A stretch of DNA of 64,000 nucleotides from Bacillota bacterium (GTDB taxonomy: Bacteria > Bacillota > Clostridia > Peptostreptococcales > Anaerovoracaceae): NCBI GenBank assembly GCA_017472365.1, contig JAFUQN010000158.1, forward strand, positions 1,659 through 65,658, in the 5' to 3' direction. Of the stretch, positions 20,475 to 31,511 are shown piece after piece. A model generated the notes under the pieces. It made no database searches. It saw only the letters and a program-made list of their open reading frames with translations, and had not been told where the DNA came from. Made by a program: the position numbers and the translations under genes. The first letter of the stretch is position 1. Each line of letters opens with the position of its first letter.

Positions 20475-22151
20475 ATGGAACGTTTGATTTTCAATGAACT
20501 TCCCCTGTCGGAGGAAGTTCTGAAAGCCCTGGACAAAATGGGATTTGAAGAAGCGACTCCCATCCAGTCGTTGGCGATTCCTCCCATTCTGGAGGGAAAA
20601 GATGTGATCGGTCAGGCTCGTACCGGAACGGGAAAGACCTGCGCCTTCGGGATTCCGGCGGTGGAATCTCTGGATCCCCAGGTAAGGGGAGTTCAGGTAT
20701 TGGCCCTTTGTCCCACCCGTGAACTGGCCATCCAGATGGCGGAAGAATTGGAACAGGTTGCGAAATACAAAAAGGATGTCAATGTCCTGGCTTTGTACGG
20801 CGGTCAGTCCATCGATCGTCAGATCATGGCGTTGAAAAAGCGTCCGCAGATCATCGTTGGTACACCGGGACGCATCATGGATCACCTGCGCCGTCACACA
20901 CTGAAGGTGGAAGCGCTGCGCATGGTTGTTCTGGATGAAGCAGATGAAATGCTAAAGATGGGATTCCGTGAAGACATTGATACGATTCTGGAGCAGTTGC
21001 CTCAGGAGCGTCAGACGCTGCTGTTTTCGGCTACCATTCCGCAGGAAATTTTGGAAATCACCAGCTTGTATCAGAAGGAGCCTATCCACTTACAGACCAT
21101 CGAAAAGGAACTGACCGTCCCCAGTATTGACCAGTATTATATTGAAGTCCGCGAACACAACAAGATGGAGCTTCTGAGCCGTCTGGTGGATTGTAAAAAT
21201 GTAAAACTGGGTTTGGTGTTCGTCAATACCAAAATCCGTGCGGATGAAGTGACACAGGGCCTCCAGGCCCGCGGGTTCCGCGCTGAAGCTCTCCATGGTG
21301 ACATGAAGCAGCTGGAACGCGACCGTGTTATGAACCGCTTCCGCAAAGGGCAGCTTCAGCTGCTGGTTGCCACGGATGTGGCAGCGAGAGGAATCGACGT
21401 TACAGGGATCGATGCCGTATTCAACTACGATATCCCCAGCGATGAGGAATACTACGTTCACAGAATCGGCCGTACCGGACGTGCAGGAAGTTCCGGTGTA
21501 TCCTATTCCTTCGTATTTGGAAAGGACCATTATCGCCTGAGAAATATTCAGAGATATACAAAGTCCAAAATCCTGCCTATGAAAGCACCTACCATTGCCG
21601 ATGTGGAACAGGTCCGCGTGGAAATGGCGGTTCGCAGAGTCCAGACGAAGCTGGATAAGGGCCGCTATCAGAAATATCTTCCGGTGATCGAAGCGATTTT
21701 GAAGACAGAGTTTCCGGCAGATGACGCGGTGACTGCGGAAGAAGCTGATGAAATCCTGAAGATTCAAGGAGGAAATCGTCCTCAGTACAGTGTGGAGGAT
21801 GTGGCTGCCGTTCTGTTCGGTATGGCTTTCGATGAATTCGATAAGCGTCGTTACAGCCGCACAGAGCTGGATGAAGAGCAGGTGAATATTTTCCGCCATA
21901 AAAAAGAGCGTTCCGGAAGACGCGGTCATCACGACGAATATTACAAGGAGCGATTTGACGGAAAGAAAAAAGAAAAGCGCCGTGACTGGGACGAGCTTCC
22001 GCCTTATGACAGCAGACGCGACAGAAAGCGCCGCGATTGGGATGAAGACGGCGGCTGCGGAAAGCACAGCGGAAAAACTTTTGGAAAGAAGAAGGATGGT
22101 GGTTTCGGAAAGAAATCCGGAAAGGGCTTTGCGAAGAAAAAGAAAAAGTAA
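20475..22151 (+). CDS. DEAD-box ATP-dependent RNA helicase (CshA/DeaD-like) with basic low-complexity C-terminal tail
   Basis: Q motif, AQTGTGKT-like (ARTGTGKT), DEAD (VLDEADEM), SAT, HRIGRTGRAG motifs. 558 aa. Confidence 0.93.
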   Translation: MERLIFNELPLSEEVLKALDKMGFEEATPIQSLAIPPILEGKDVIGQARTGTGKTCAFGIPAVESLDPQVRGVQVLALCPTRELAIQMAEELEQVAKYKKDVNVLALYGGQSIDRQIMALKKRPQIIVGTPGRIMDHLRRHTLKVEALRMVVLDEADEMLKMGFREDIDTILEQLPQERQTLLFSATIPQEILEITSLYQKEPIHLQTIEKELTVPSIDQYYIEVREHNKMELLSRLVDCKNVKLGLVFVNTKIRADEVTQGLQARGFRAEALHGDMKQLERDRVMNRFRKGQLQLLVATDVAARGIDVTGIDAVFNYDIPSDEEYYVHRIGRTGRAGSSGVSYSFVFGKDHYRLRNIQRYTKSKILPMKAPTIADVEQVRVEMAVRRVQTKLDKGRYQKYLPVIEAILKTEFPADDAVTAEEADEILKIQGGNRPQYSVEDVAAVLFGMAFDEFDKRRYSRTELDEEQVNIFRHKKERSGRRGHHDEYYKERFDGKKKEKRRDWDELPPYDSRRDRKRRDWDEDGGCGKHSGKTFGKKKDGGFGKKSGKGFAKKKKK

Positions 22152-22154
22152 TGA

Positions 22155-22186
22155 AAAAGCAGCTGACGTGAAAATCAGCTGCTTTT
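22155..22186. terminator. Bidirectional terminator (DEAD-box helicase / metallophosphoesterase)
   Basis: Perfect 12-bp stem aaaagcagctga / tcagctgctttt, 8-nt loop, A/T runs on both sides. Confidence 0.85.
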
Positions 22187-22196
22187 GTACTTTTTG

Positions 22197-23489
22197 TTAT
22201 TGCAGAGGAATGGTTACTTCCTGGAGATTCTTTCCTTCGATTTGAAGCATGGATTCGATGTAACTGGAGAAGAATGAGCCGGGGAGAGAACGGAGAAGCT
22301 TCAGCCCTTCTGCGTAATCGGCGGAATCCAGTTCCAGACCGCCGAAGTAAGCCTGGTTGATCCCGGCGAAGGTTTGAGCCAGGAGCTCGATTTCTTCTGA
22401 TGTAAGGCCGCTGTCCGCGTAAGAAGAACGGACCTGGTTCAGAGCGGTATCTGCAAATATTGTATTAGCATATTGAGTGAAATCCAGAAGGTTTTCATCG
22501 GTGGACCCGTTATCGACCGCCCAGCTTTCCACATCCACATTCTCTGCGGAGTAGGTCAGGACGCCGTCCGCATAATCAATCTGGCCGTACTGCAGAGGGG
22601 ACACGGTCAGGGCCGAGGTGGCGATCTCTGTGATTGGACCTCCGGCAACCGCGCCGCCATCGGCGGCGTCTCCTGTGGCGATGCTTTGGATATGGATATG
22701 ACCGCTGAAGTTACACTTAACTCCATATTTTTGGAACAATTCCGCAACAGCGTCGGAGTTATACAACTCGTAGCCGAAGGACAGGAGATTACTGTGGGCG
22801 TACAGGTTCTGGTGTGAAACGGAAATCACGGAGATTCCGGATTTCTGTGCCTGTTTTAACTGAGGCTCGAGCCATTCCAGCGTTGAATCTTTCACAAAAC
22901 CCTTACCGCCCATATTGGCATCTAACATCAAAATCCACAGATCGGGACCGGCTTCAAAAATGTAACTGAAAGTGGTTTCGTCACGGCTGATTGCCTGAGC
23001 AGGACCGAAGGTTTCATAAGCTGATGCGAAATCCGCCGAGGTAAAGGCTTCCGTGGGCTGGATCTCTGCGCCGATGAAAGCGGCAGCGGCGCCGTCTAAG
23101 TCGTGGTTTCCGGGGATGACCAGGACCTGGACACCGGATTCCTGAACGGCTTTCAGCTTTTCAATGAGCCCGTTGTGGCTTTTGGCGGCTCCGTTCAATG
23201 TGAGATCGCCGCTGAGGATCAGGATATCAGGCTGGTTTTCAATGACCTGATTACAAAATGCGTCGGTGATTTCTGAAAGATACATGAATACCTTTCCGTC
23301 GCCATTGGAGGCCACCTGCTGATAGAGTTCTCCTTTATCCGTCAATTCAGGTGACAGATAGTGGAGATCGGTGGCGATCATCATGGAAACCGGTTCGCTG
23401 GCCAGAGGTTCCTGGGACGCACAACCCGCCAGTGCGCCGGACAGGAGAAGAGCCAAAGCCAAAAGTACGGTCGTGATTCGTTGTTTCAT
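22197..23489 (-). CDS. Metallophosphoesterase (calcineurin-like), predicted lipoprotein
   Basis: Lipobox LSGALAGC after a signal peptide. Phosphoesterase motifs DLH, GDLT, GNHD, SHQ, GHIH. Start set to the ATG at 23489, which has an AAGGAGA RBS. Confidence 0.8.
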   Translation of the reverse strand: MKQRITTVLLALALLLSGALAGCASQEPLASEPVSMMIATDLHYLSPELTDKGELYQQVASNGDGKVFMYLSEITDAFCNQVIENQPDILILSGDLTLNGAAKSHNGLIEKLKAVQESGVQVLVIPGNHDLDGAAAAFIGAEIQPTEAFTSADFASAYETFGPAQAISRDETTFSYIFEAGPDLWILMLDANMGGKGFVKDSTLEWLEPQLKQAQKSGISVISVSHQNLYAHSNLLSFGYELYNSDAVAELFQKYGVKCNFSGHIHIQSIATGDAADGGAVAGGPITEIATSALTVSPLQYGQIDYADGVLTYSAENVDVESWAVDNGSTDENLLDFTQYANTIFADTALNQVRSSYADSGLTSEEIELLAQTFAGINQAYFGGLELDSADYAEGLKLLRSLPGSFFSSYIESMLQIEGKNLQEVTIPLQ

Positions 23490-23503
23490 AGATACTCTCC
23501 TTG

Positions 23504-23539
23504 AAAACAAAAAGCTGCATTTGTAGAAAATGCAGCTTT
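23504..23539 (-). terminator. Terminator of the SEC-C protein gene (minus strand)
   Basis: aaagctgcattt / aaatgcagcttt stem. The minus-strand transcript is followed by a T-rich run. Confidence 0.7.
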
Positions 23540-23551
23540 GGGTGTCAGTGA

Positions 23552-24052
23552 TTATGCGTTCTTACCGCAGCACTTCTTATATTTCTTACCGGAACCGCAG
23601 GGACACGGATCGTTTCTGCCGGGTTCCTTTTCCTTGACAACGGTCTTGGAACGCTTGTAAGCCTTAACGATTTCCAGTCTCTTTTCTTCGGTTAAGATGG
23701 TTTCCCACTGGGGCAGGGTGTACAGATAATCCGCACCGGCAACCAGCATGTTGAAGAACAGCTTTTCCAGATCGATGTCCAGGCTGATTTCGGTGGTTTC
23801 ATCGAAGCTGTCCAGGTCCTGTTCAGCGCGTAAGCTGCTGTTGATACCATCCAGGAAACCCATGAAGATCACGGGGTCTGCTTCGTACTTGTCAACCAGG
23901 GACTGGAAGGTTCCGGTCACCTTTTCATACGGTCTGTCCAGAATATCGCTGTAAATCTTCTTTTCGGTGGAGCTGTACTTTTCCCAAAAATCCGGGAAGC
24001 TTTCATCTGTCTGGTTGTTGATCAGATATTCCCAGTCTTTAAATAAACTCAT
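23552..24052 (-). CDS. SEC-C metal-binding motif protein, function unknown
   Basis: 166 aa ending in [17 protein letters not shown] (SEC-C zinc motif). AAGGAGA RBS. A terminator lies downstream on the minus strand. Confidence 0.75.
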   Translation of the reverse strand: MSLFKDWEYLINNQTDESFPDFWEKYSSTEKKIYSDILDRPYEKVTGTFQSLVDKYEADPVIFMGFLDGINSSLRAEQDLDSFDETTEISLDIDLEKLFFNMLVAGADYLYTLPQWETILTEEKRLEIVKAYKRSKTVVKEKEPGRNDPCPCGSGKKYKKCCGKNA

Positions 24053-24069
24053 TTTGATCGTCTCCTTTA

Positions 24070-25380
24070 TTAGTTGTCCAGATCTGCTACGCAGATGACG
24101 CTCTTAACTTCCTTTACGAAGGTGAATGTGCTGACTTCTTCCAGGGCTTCGTTCAGACGTTCTCTGGTGGTGTCGCCCAGGATGTAAACCAGGGGTACAT
24201 AGCGACCGGTGGACTTGGTTCCGGGACGCTGTACGAAAGTCTTGATGGCGATACCGGCATCACCGAAGACGGAAGCGATCTTACCCAGAACACCTGTCAT
24301 ATCTTCTGCCAGCATGGTCACATAGTACATGTTCTGGCCTTCGCCGTCGAATTCCAGGTTCTTGTTGTCGTTCACAGCAGTGGGGATGGTCTTGTCGGTG
24401 ATTCCGAAAGCATATGCTCTGGCAATTTCCAGCAGATTTCCGACAACAGCACTGCCGGTGGGCATAGCACCTGCGCCCTTACCATACAGCATTACATCAT
24501 CCACAGCGTTGCCTCTGGCAAAGATCGCATTGTATTCGTTCTTTACGGTAGCCAGGGGGTGAGTCAGCGGAACCATGGCGGGCTGCACGGAACATTCCAG
24601 AGTGTTTCTGTATCTTCTTGCGTGAGCCAGCAGCTTGATGGTATAGCCGAACTGCTTTGCAGCAATCATATCGTCCTTGGTGATATTGGTGATCCCTTCT
24701 CTGGGAATGTCTTCCGGAGCAACACGGATACCGAAAGCGGTGGAAATCAGAATGGTCAGCTTGTTGACAGCGTCATAACCTTCCACGTCGCCGGTGGGAT
24801 CAGCTTCAGCAAAGCCCATGGCCTGTGCCTGCTTCAGAGCATCAGCGTAATCCATGTCGTTTTCAGCCATCTGAGTCAGGATATAGTTGGTAGTACCGTT
24901 GACGATACCGGCAACTTCAGTGAATTCATTGGCAGTCAGAGATGTGGACAGGGCATTCAGGATGGGAATACCGCCGCCGACACTGGCTTCGTAACGCAGG
25001 ATGACCTTGTTTTCGATGGCCAGCTGGGTCAGGTACGGACCGTCCTTCGCGATGACAGCCTTGTTCGCTGTAACTACATGCTTACCAGCCTTAATAGCTT
25101 CTTCCATATAGTCGAAGGCCGGGTGGATTCCGCCCAGAACTTCTACAACGACGTCGATCTCGGGATTCTTCAGAATATCATCCGGATTGTCAGTAAACAG
25201 CTCGTCCGGTGCAGAGATATCTCTCTTCTTGGAAAGGTCTCTGACCAGGATCTTGGATACTTCAATGGACACGCCGGTGGTATAGGAAATGGTATCCGCA
25301 TTGGTAACCAGCATACGGTATGTACCGCCGCCGACCGTGCCGAAACCTAATAAGCCAACTTTAATGGTTTTCTTGTTCAT
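24070..25380 (-). CDS. hom: Homoserine dehydrogenase with C-terminal ACT domain
   Basis: Start trimmed from 25500 to the ATG at 25380 ([19 protein letters not shown] Rossmann motif), which has a GGGAGGT RBS. Central catalytic domain and ACT domain are present. Confidence 0.92.
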   Translation of the reverse strand: MNKKTIKVGLLGFGTVGGGTYRMLVTNADTISYTTGVSIEVSKILVRDLSKKRDISAPDELFTDNPDDILKNPEIDVVVEVLGGIHPAFDYMEEAIKAGKHVVTANKAVIAKDGPYLTQLAIENKVILRYEASVGGGIPILNALSTSLTANEFTEVAGIVNGTTNYILTQMAENDMDYADALKQAQAMGFAEADPTGDVEGYDAVNKLTILISTAFGIRVAPEDIPREGITNITKDDMIAAKQFGYTIKLLAHARRYRNTLECSVQPAMVPLTHPLATVKNEYNAIFARGNAVDDVMLYGKGAGAMPTGSAVVGNLLEIARAYAFGITDKTIPTAVNDNKNLEFDGEGQNMYYVTMLAEDMTGVLGKIASVFGDAGIAIKTFVQRPGTKSTGRYVPLVYILGDTTRERLNEALEEVSTFTFVKEVKSVICVADLDN

Positions 25381-25414
25381 GGTATACCTCCCTAAAATGT
25401 CATACTTAGAAATT

Positions 25415-25443
25415 ATTATAGTATAGATTGTGAGAAAAGTAAA
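25415..25443 (-). promoter_or_regulatory. Candidate hom promoter
   Basis: The minus strand reads TTTACT (25443-25438), a 17-nt spacer, then TATAAT (25420-25415). Confidence 0.5.
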
Positions 25444-25571
25444 CGATTTTCGAGAGAAAGCGACGTGATCGTTTTTGCAATAAATTTTACGAAAATGCAA
25501 ATTTGAGTTGATTTTTCTGACGGGTTATGCGAAACTTAACTTGGGATAATTTGAAAGGAAGGAAATTGCAT

Positions 25572-26042
25572 ATGGCACTCCACATCGTTTTGGTCGAGCC
25601 GGAGATTCCGCCCAATACGGGTAATATTGCCCGTACCTGCGCCGCCACTGGTACGCATCTTCACCTGGTCAAGCCCCTGGGCTTTTCCATCGATGATAAA
25701 CACCTGAAGCGGGCTGGGTTGGACTACTGGCCTTTCGTAACGCTGACGGTCCATGAAAGTCTGGACGATTTTATGAAGGAATATGAGGGCGCCACCATGT
25801 ATCTCGCCACCACGAAGGGTGGGCAGCGTCACACGGACGTGAAATACAAGGATGGCGACATGATTTTGTTCGGCCGTGAAACGGCCGGATTGCCGCGGGA
25901 CTTCATCGCTGCACATCAGGAGCAGGCGATCCGGATCCCCATGGGCGCCGATACACGGCTCCGTTCCCTGAATCTGGCAAACTCCGCAAACATCATTTTG
26001 TTTGAAGCTCTCCGTCAGCTGGATTTTCCGGGATTGGAATAA
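25572..26042 (+). CDS. trmL: tRNA (cytidine/uridine-2'-O-)-methyltransferase TrmL (SpoU family)
   Basis: MALHIVLVEPEIPPNTGNIARTCAATG and C-terminal LNLANSANIILFEALRQ are TrmL hallmarks. Start trimmed from 25527 to 25572 behind AAGGAAGGA. Confidence 0.9.
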   Translation: MALHIVLVEPEIPPNTGNIARTCAATGTHLHLVKPLGFSIDDKHLKRAGLDYWPFVTLTVHESLDDFMKEYEGATMYLATTKGGQRHTDVKYKDGDMILFGRETAGLPRDFIAAHQEQAIRIPMGADTRLRSLNLANSANIILFEALRQLDFPGLE

Positions 26043-26167
26043 AGGCTTTTTTACACACAGGACTATAAATCGTCCGAATTTTATGGTAAAATAAGCTGAT
26101 ATGTATTTGTGTATGTTGTTTTCAAAACTAAAAACAGCGTGTTGTATGGACGAGGAGACGGAAGATT

Positions 26168-27601
26168 ATGAGACTTGGATATGATCTGACCATAGAACAG
26201 GCGCAAAAATTGGTGATGACGCCGGAGTTGATCCAGGCGATCCAAATTCTGCAGTTCAATACGCAGGAACTGGAGGCGTATGTGGATGAACAGGTCCTGG
26301 TCAATCCCATCCTTGAGATCGATCCTCAGGGGAAAGAGGGACAAACAGAGCAGGAGCCCACGGATCGTGAGTATCCGGAATCGTCCGGAAGAACGTCCGC
26401 TGAAGAGGAATTTGACTGGGCGGAACATTTTAAAGAACGGGAATATGACGACATCAGCTACAAACAGTGGCAATATGCCGCGCATAATCCGGAAAACAGT
26501 GAATATACTTTTGAACAGTTTGTAAGCACCGATGTGTCGCTGACAGAGAACCTGCTGGTACAGCTCCAGTTCGTTCCTATGAAAAAGAACTGCCGGATGG
26601 CAGCGAAATACGTCATTGAGGCATTGGATGAAAACGGATACCTGACGCAGCCCATCGAAGAGGTTGCCAGACAGTTTCATCTGACGGAAGAACGGGCGGA
26701 AGAGATCCTCAAGATCATCCAGAGTTTCGATCCCATAGGTGTCGGAGCCAGAGATTTGAAAGAATGTCTGAAGATCCAGCTTCGTCATCAGGGTAACGAC
26801 GATCCGGTGATGATGATGGTTGTCGATGAACATCTGGAGGACATTGCCAACAACCGCCTCGGGAACATGGCACGGGCACTGAATATCACGGTTCGTGAGG
26901 CACAGGAAATCAGCGATGTGATCCGTAAGCTGGAACCGAAACCGGGACGGCAGTTTTCCGGATTTACGGAAACGCGGTATGTGATTCCGGATGTGACGGT
27001 GGAAAAAGTGGACGGGGAATACGTGGTCCTGGTCAACGAGAGCAGTACACCGCGGCTGACGCTGTCGCCGTATTATCAGAAGATGCTGGCAGAGTCCGAT
27101 AAAGAATCGAACATCAGTCAGTTTCTGACCAGCCGGCTGAATTCAGCGGTCTGGCTGATCAAAAGTATCGAACAGAGAAAACAAACCATCTATAACGTGG
27201 TGAACGCTGTGGTCAAGTATCAGGTAGATTTCTTTGAACACGGACCGAAGCATATGAAGACGCTGACGCTGAAGCAGATTGCCGATGAAGTGGGGATCCA
27301 CGAATCCACGGTCAGCCGTTCCATCAACGGAAAATATATGCAGAGTCCGCGGGGAATCTTCGAAATCAAATACTTTTTCACCAGCGGTGTTTCCGGAAGC
27401 TCCGGGGAAGGGATCGCCTCTCAGAGCATAAAAACCCTGATCAGGGAAATAGTAGATAATGAAGATCCGCGAGCTCCCAAGAGCGACCAGGCCATGGTGG
27501 AGATCCTGAAAGAAAAAGGGATCGATATTTCGCGCCGGACCGTGGCCAAATACAGAGACGAGATGCATGTGGCGTCCTCTTCCAAGAGAAAACGCTATTA
27601 A
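26168..27601 (+). CDS. rpoN: RNA polymerase sigma-54 factor
   Basis: 477 aa. Region I (LTIEQAQKLVMTPELIQAIQILQFNTQELEAYV), core-binding region, and C-terminal HTH plus RpoN box (ARRTVAKYR-like SRRTVAKYRDEM). Confidence 0.92.
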   Translation: MRLGYDLTIEQAQKLVMTPELIQAIQILQFNTQELEAYVDEQVLVNPILEIDPQGKEGQTEQEPTDREYPESSGRTSAEEEFDWAEHFKEREYDDISYKQWQYAAHNPENSEYTFEQFVSTDVSLTENLLVQLQFVPMKKNCRMAAKYVIEALDENGYLTQPIEEVARQFHLTEERAEEILKIIQSFDPIGVGARDLKECLKIQLRHQGNDDPVMMMVVDEHLEDIANNRLGNMARALNITVREAQEISDVIRKLEPKPGRQFSGFTETRYVIPDVTVEKVDGEYVVLVNESSTPRLTLSPYYQKMLAESDKESNISQFLTSRLNSAVWLIKSIEQRKQTIYNVVNAVVKYQVDFFEHGPKHMKTLTLKQIADEVGIHESTVSRSINGKYMQSPRGIFEIKYFFTSGVSGSSGEGIASQSIKTLIREIVDNEDPRAPKSDQAMVEILKEKGIDISRRTVAKYRDEMHVASSSKRKRY

Positions 27602-27680
27602 GTGCTTCGCATATAACATCTAATGTATTTCACAAAATTTCATTATAATTGAGCCTGTTGACTCAGAAAGGATAATTACT

Positions 27681-28868
27681 ATGAAGAAAACTGTGAGAGA
27701 TGTAGAAGTCAGAGGAAAGACAGTCATCGTACGCTGCGATTTCAACGTTCCTCTGGATGAAAACAAGAATATCACCGATGACATCCGTATCACCAGTGCG
27801 ATGCCGACCATCAATTATCTGGTAGAAAACGATGCTAAGGTCATCCTCATGTCTCACCTGGGAAGACCGAAGGGTGAACCGGACATGAAATATTCTCTGG
27901 CTCCTGTGGCCAAGAGACTGGAAGAACTGCTGGGCAAGGCCGTAACCTTCATCAGCGTTCCGGAAGTGGTTAACGACGAAGTCAAGGAAGCTGCAAAGAA
28001 CCTGAAGGGCGGCGACGTGATGCTGCTGGAAAACGTCAGATTCCGTAAAGAAGAAACCAAGAACGGGGAAGAATTCTCCAAGGAACTTGCTGATATGGCA
28101 GAACTGTTCGTCAACGATGCCTTCGGTACTGCTCACAGAGCACATTCTTCCACCGCAGGTATCGCTTCTTACATTCCCGGTGTATCCGGCTTCCTGATTG
28201 AAAAGGAACTGGAATTCCTGGGCAATGCCGTGGAAAATCCCAAGAGACCCTTCGTGGCAATCATGGGCGGCGCCAAGGTCAGCGACAAGATCACCGTTAT
28301 CGACAACCTGCTGAAGAAGGTAGACTGTCTGATTATCGGCGGCGGTATGTCCTACACCTTCTACAAGGGCATGGGCTACGAAATCGGTACCTCCATCCTG
28401 GAAGCCGACAAGACCGACCTGGCTGTAAGTCTGATCGAAAAGGCTAAGGAAATGGGCGTGGAACTGTTACTGCCGGTGGACACCGTAGTAGCAAAGGAAT
28501 TTAACAACGATTCTGAACACTTCACCTGTGACCGCGATAAGATCCCGGCAGATTACATGGGCATGGACATCGGTGAAAAGACCGTGGCTCTGTTCTCTGA
28601 AAAGATCAAGAACGCTGCCACTGTGATTTGGAACGGACCGGTAGGCGTATTCGAAATGGATACATTCGCCAAGGGTACCAAGGCAATCGCTGAAGCGATG
28701 GCAGAATGTGACGGTATGACCATCATCGGCGGCGGCGACTCTGCTGCGGCAGTTAAAAAGTTCGGCCTGAACGACAAGATGACCCACATCTCCACCGGCG
28801 GCGGTGCATCCCTGGAATTCCTGGAAGGTAAGGTACTGCCGGGCGTTGATGTTCTGCAGGATAAATAA
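27681..28868 (+). CDS. pgk: Phosphoglycerate kinase
   Basis: 395 aa. [16 protein letters not shown], and C-terminal [14 protein letters not shown] motifs. Confidence 0.96.
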   Translation: MKKTVRDVEVRGKTVIVRCDFNVPLDENKNITDDIRITSAMPTINYLVENDAKVILMSHLGRPKGEPDMKYSLAPVAKRLEELLGKAVTFISVPEVVNDEVKEAAKNLKGGDVMLLENVRFRKEETKNGEEFSKELADMAELFVNDAFGTAHRAHSSTAGIASYIPGVSGFLIEKELEFLGNAVENPKRPFVAIMGGAKVSDKITVIDNLLKKVDCLIIGGGMSYTFYKGMGYEIGTSILEADKTDLAVSLIEKAKEMGVELLLPVDTVVAKEFNNDSEHFTCDRDKIPADYMGMDIGEKTVALFSEKIKNAATVIWNGPVGVFEMDTFAKGTKAIAEAMAECDGMTIIGGGDSAAAVKKFGLNDKMTHISTGGGASLEFLEGKVLPGVDVLQDK

Positions 28869-28887
28869 CATTTAGGAGAGAGACAAC

Positions 28888-29634
28888 ATGCGTAAACCGT
28901 TTATTGCAGGAAACTGGAAAATGTTCAAGACCACCAAGGAAGCGGTGGCTTTTGCAGAAGAATTTAAGAAGCTGTATCACGATTCTGACGTGACTGCAGC
29001 GATCTGTGCACCGTTCACTCAGCTGGCTGCTCTGAAAGATGCGTTCGGAGACTCCGGCGTAAAGGTGGGCGCACAGAACATGCATTTTGAAGAAAGCGGA
29101 GCGTTCACTGGCGAAATCGCTCCGGCCATGCTGACTGAAATCGGCGTGGACTACGTCATCATCGGACATTCCGAACGTCGTCAGTATTTTGCTGAAACCG
29201 ATGAAACCGTGAACAAGAAGGTGAAGAAGGCCTTTGAACACGGTCTGGTTCCCATCATGTGCGTGGGTGAAGTTCTGGAACAGCGCGATGCCGGTCAGGC
29301 ATATGACGTGGTGAAGACCCAGGTGGAAGGCGGGATCAAAGATCTGTCCGCCGACCAGATGAAGAAGCTGGTGATCGCTTACGAACCGGTTTGGGCTATT
29401 GGCACCGGTCGTACTGCGACTCCGGAACAGGCGCAGGAAATGTGCGCATACATCCGTCAGGTCATCGATGGTCTGTACGGAAGCGAAGTTTCCGAAGAAG
29501 TGATCATTCAGTACGGCGGTTCCGTAAAGCCGAACAATGCTTCGGAACTGATGAATATGGAAGATATCGACGGTGCCCTCGTTGGCGGAGCCAGCCTGAA
29601 GCCGGAAGATTTCATCCAGATCGTAGAGTTTTAG
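28888..29634 (+). CDS. tpiA: Triose-phosphate isomerase
   Basis: 248 aa. AGNWKM, IGHSERR, AYEPVWAIGTG motifs. Confidence 0.96.
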   Translation: MRKPFIAGNWKMFKTTKEAVAFAEEFKKLYHDSDVTAAICAPFTQLAALKDAFGDSGVKVGAQNMHFEESGAFTGEIAPAMLTEIGVDYVIIGHSERRQYFAETDETVNKKVKKAFEHGLVPIMCVGEVLEQRDAGQAYDVVKTQVEGGIKDLSADQMKKLVIAYEPVWAIGTGRTATPEQAQEMCAYIRQVIDGLYGSEVSEEVIIQYGGSVKPNNASELMNMEDIDGALVGGASLKPEDFIQIVEF

Positions 29635-29657
29635 TTTAGACCATTTTAAGGAGGTAA

Positions 29658-30959
<1,302 letters not shown>

Positions 30960-30993
30960 GTTCCGCTGATTGGAGATCAGAACGATAATTATG

Positions 30994-31032
30994 AAAAAAA
31001 GGCGGTCACAGCCAGCTGTGACCGCCTTTTTT
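30994..31032 (+). terminator. Rho-independent terminator of the pgk-tpiA-eno unit
   Basis: ggcggtcacag / ctgtgaccgcc stem flanked by aaaaaaa and tttttt. Confidence 0.88.
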
Positions 31033-31082
31033 GATTGCCGCGAAAAAGTGGAAGAAAATTTGTAACCAAATGTCGGTTTGGC

Positions 31083-31111
31083 TTGATTTTGCATAGTTCC
31101 TGTGATACAAT
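31083..31111 (+). promoter_or_regulatory. secG promoter with extended -10
   Basis: TTGATT, a 17-nt spacer ending in TGa, then TACAAT. Confidence 0.55.
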
Positions 31112-31170
31112 AGAAAAGCTATTTTAGACGACCAAATATCTTGGAAGTAAATTACTTGGAGGTAAAATAA

Positions 31171-31401
31171 ATGACTACTTTAGTTATGATCGTACTGGCA
31201 GTTGCCAGCATCGCACTGATTGCCAGCATTCTGCTGCAGTCCGGAAACAGCGCAGGTATGTCCGGTTCCATCGCCGGCGGTGCAGAACAGCTGTTTGGTA
31301 AGAAGAAGAGCCAGGGATACGAAGCTATGCTGGAAAAGATGACCACCATCGGCGCAATCGTATTCATTATCGCAGCTCTGATCCTGGTAGCTATCGAATA
31401 A
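31171..31401 (+). CDS. secG: Preprotein translocase subunit SecG
   Basis: 76 aa, two TM helices separated by the glycine-rich SGNSAGMSGSIAGG loop. GGAGGT RBS. Conserved position after eno. Confidence 0.85.
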   Translation: MTTLVMIVLAVASIALIASILLQSGNSAGMSGSIAGGAEQLFGKKKSQGYEAMLEKMTTIGAIVFIIAALILVAIE

Positions 31402-31459
31402 TCTGATCCACGGGAGAAGAAAATTCGGTCTACGATATGTTTTTTCCGTACAAAGAATG

Positions 31460-31483
31460 AGGTGCTGGGATGCACCTTTTCTT
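31460..31483 (+). terminator. Weak terminator/attenuator between secG and hppA
   Basis: aggtgc-tgggat-gcacct followed by ttttcttg. No obvious separate promoter for hppA was seen. Confidence 0.45.
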
Positions 31484-31511
31484 GTGTATCAAGAAGGAGG
31501 AAAAGTAAATA

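Noticed and set aside
24070-25500. Long N-terminal extensions in the ORF track (hom 25500, nth 15359, trmL 25527, TetR 19694, MBL 46126, putP 61110, metallophosphoesterase 23510)
   Set aside because: In each case an internal ATG preceded by a good AGGAGG-type RBS gives the canonical family N-terminus. The extension is hydrophobic or odd, lacks an RBS, or overlaps promoter and terminator elements.
31079-31093. Sigma-54-like -24/-12 element (TGGC-N6-TTGCA) upstream of secG, 3.5 kb from rpoN
   Set aside because: The spacing is one nucleotide short of the invariant TGGCAC-N5-TTGCA geometry, and the AC after TGGC is missing. A good sigma-70 extended -10 promoter overlaps the site. I found no correctly spaced GG-N10-GC element elsewhere by eye.
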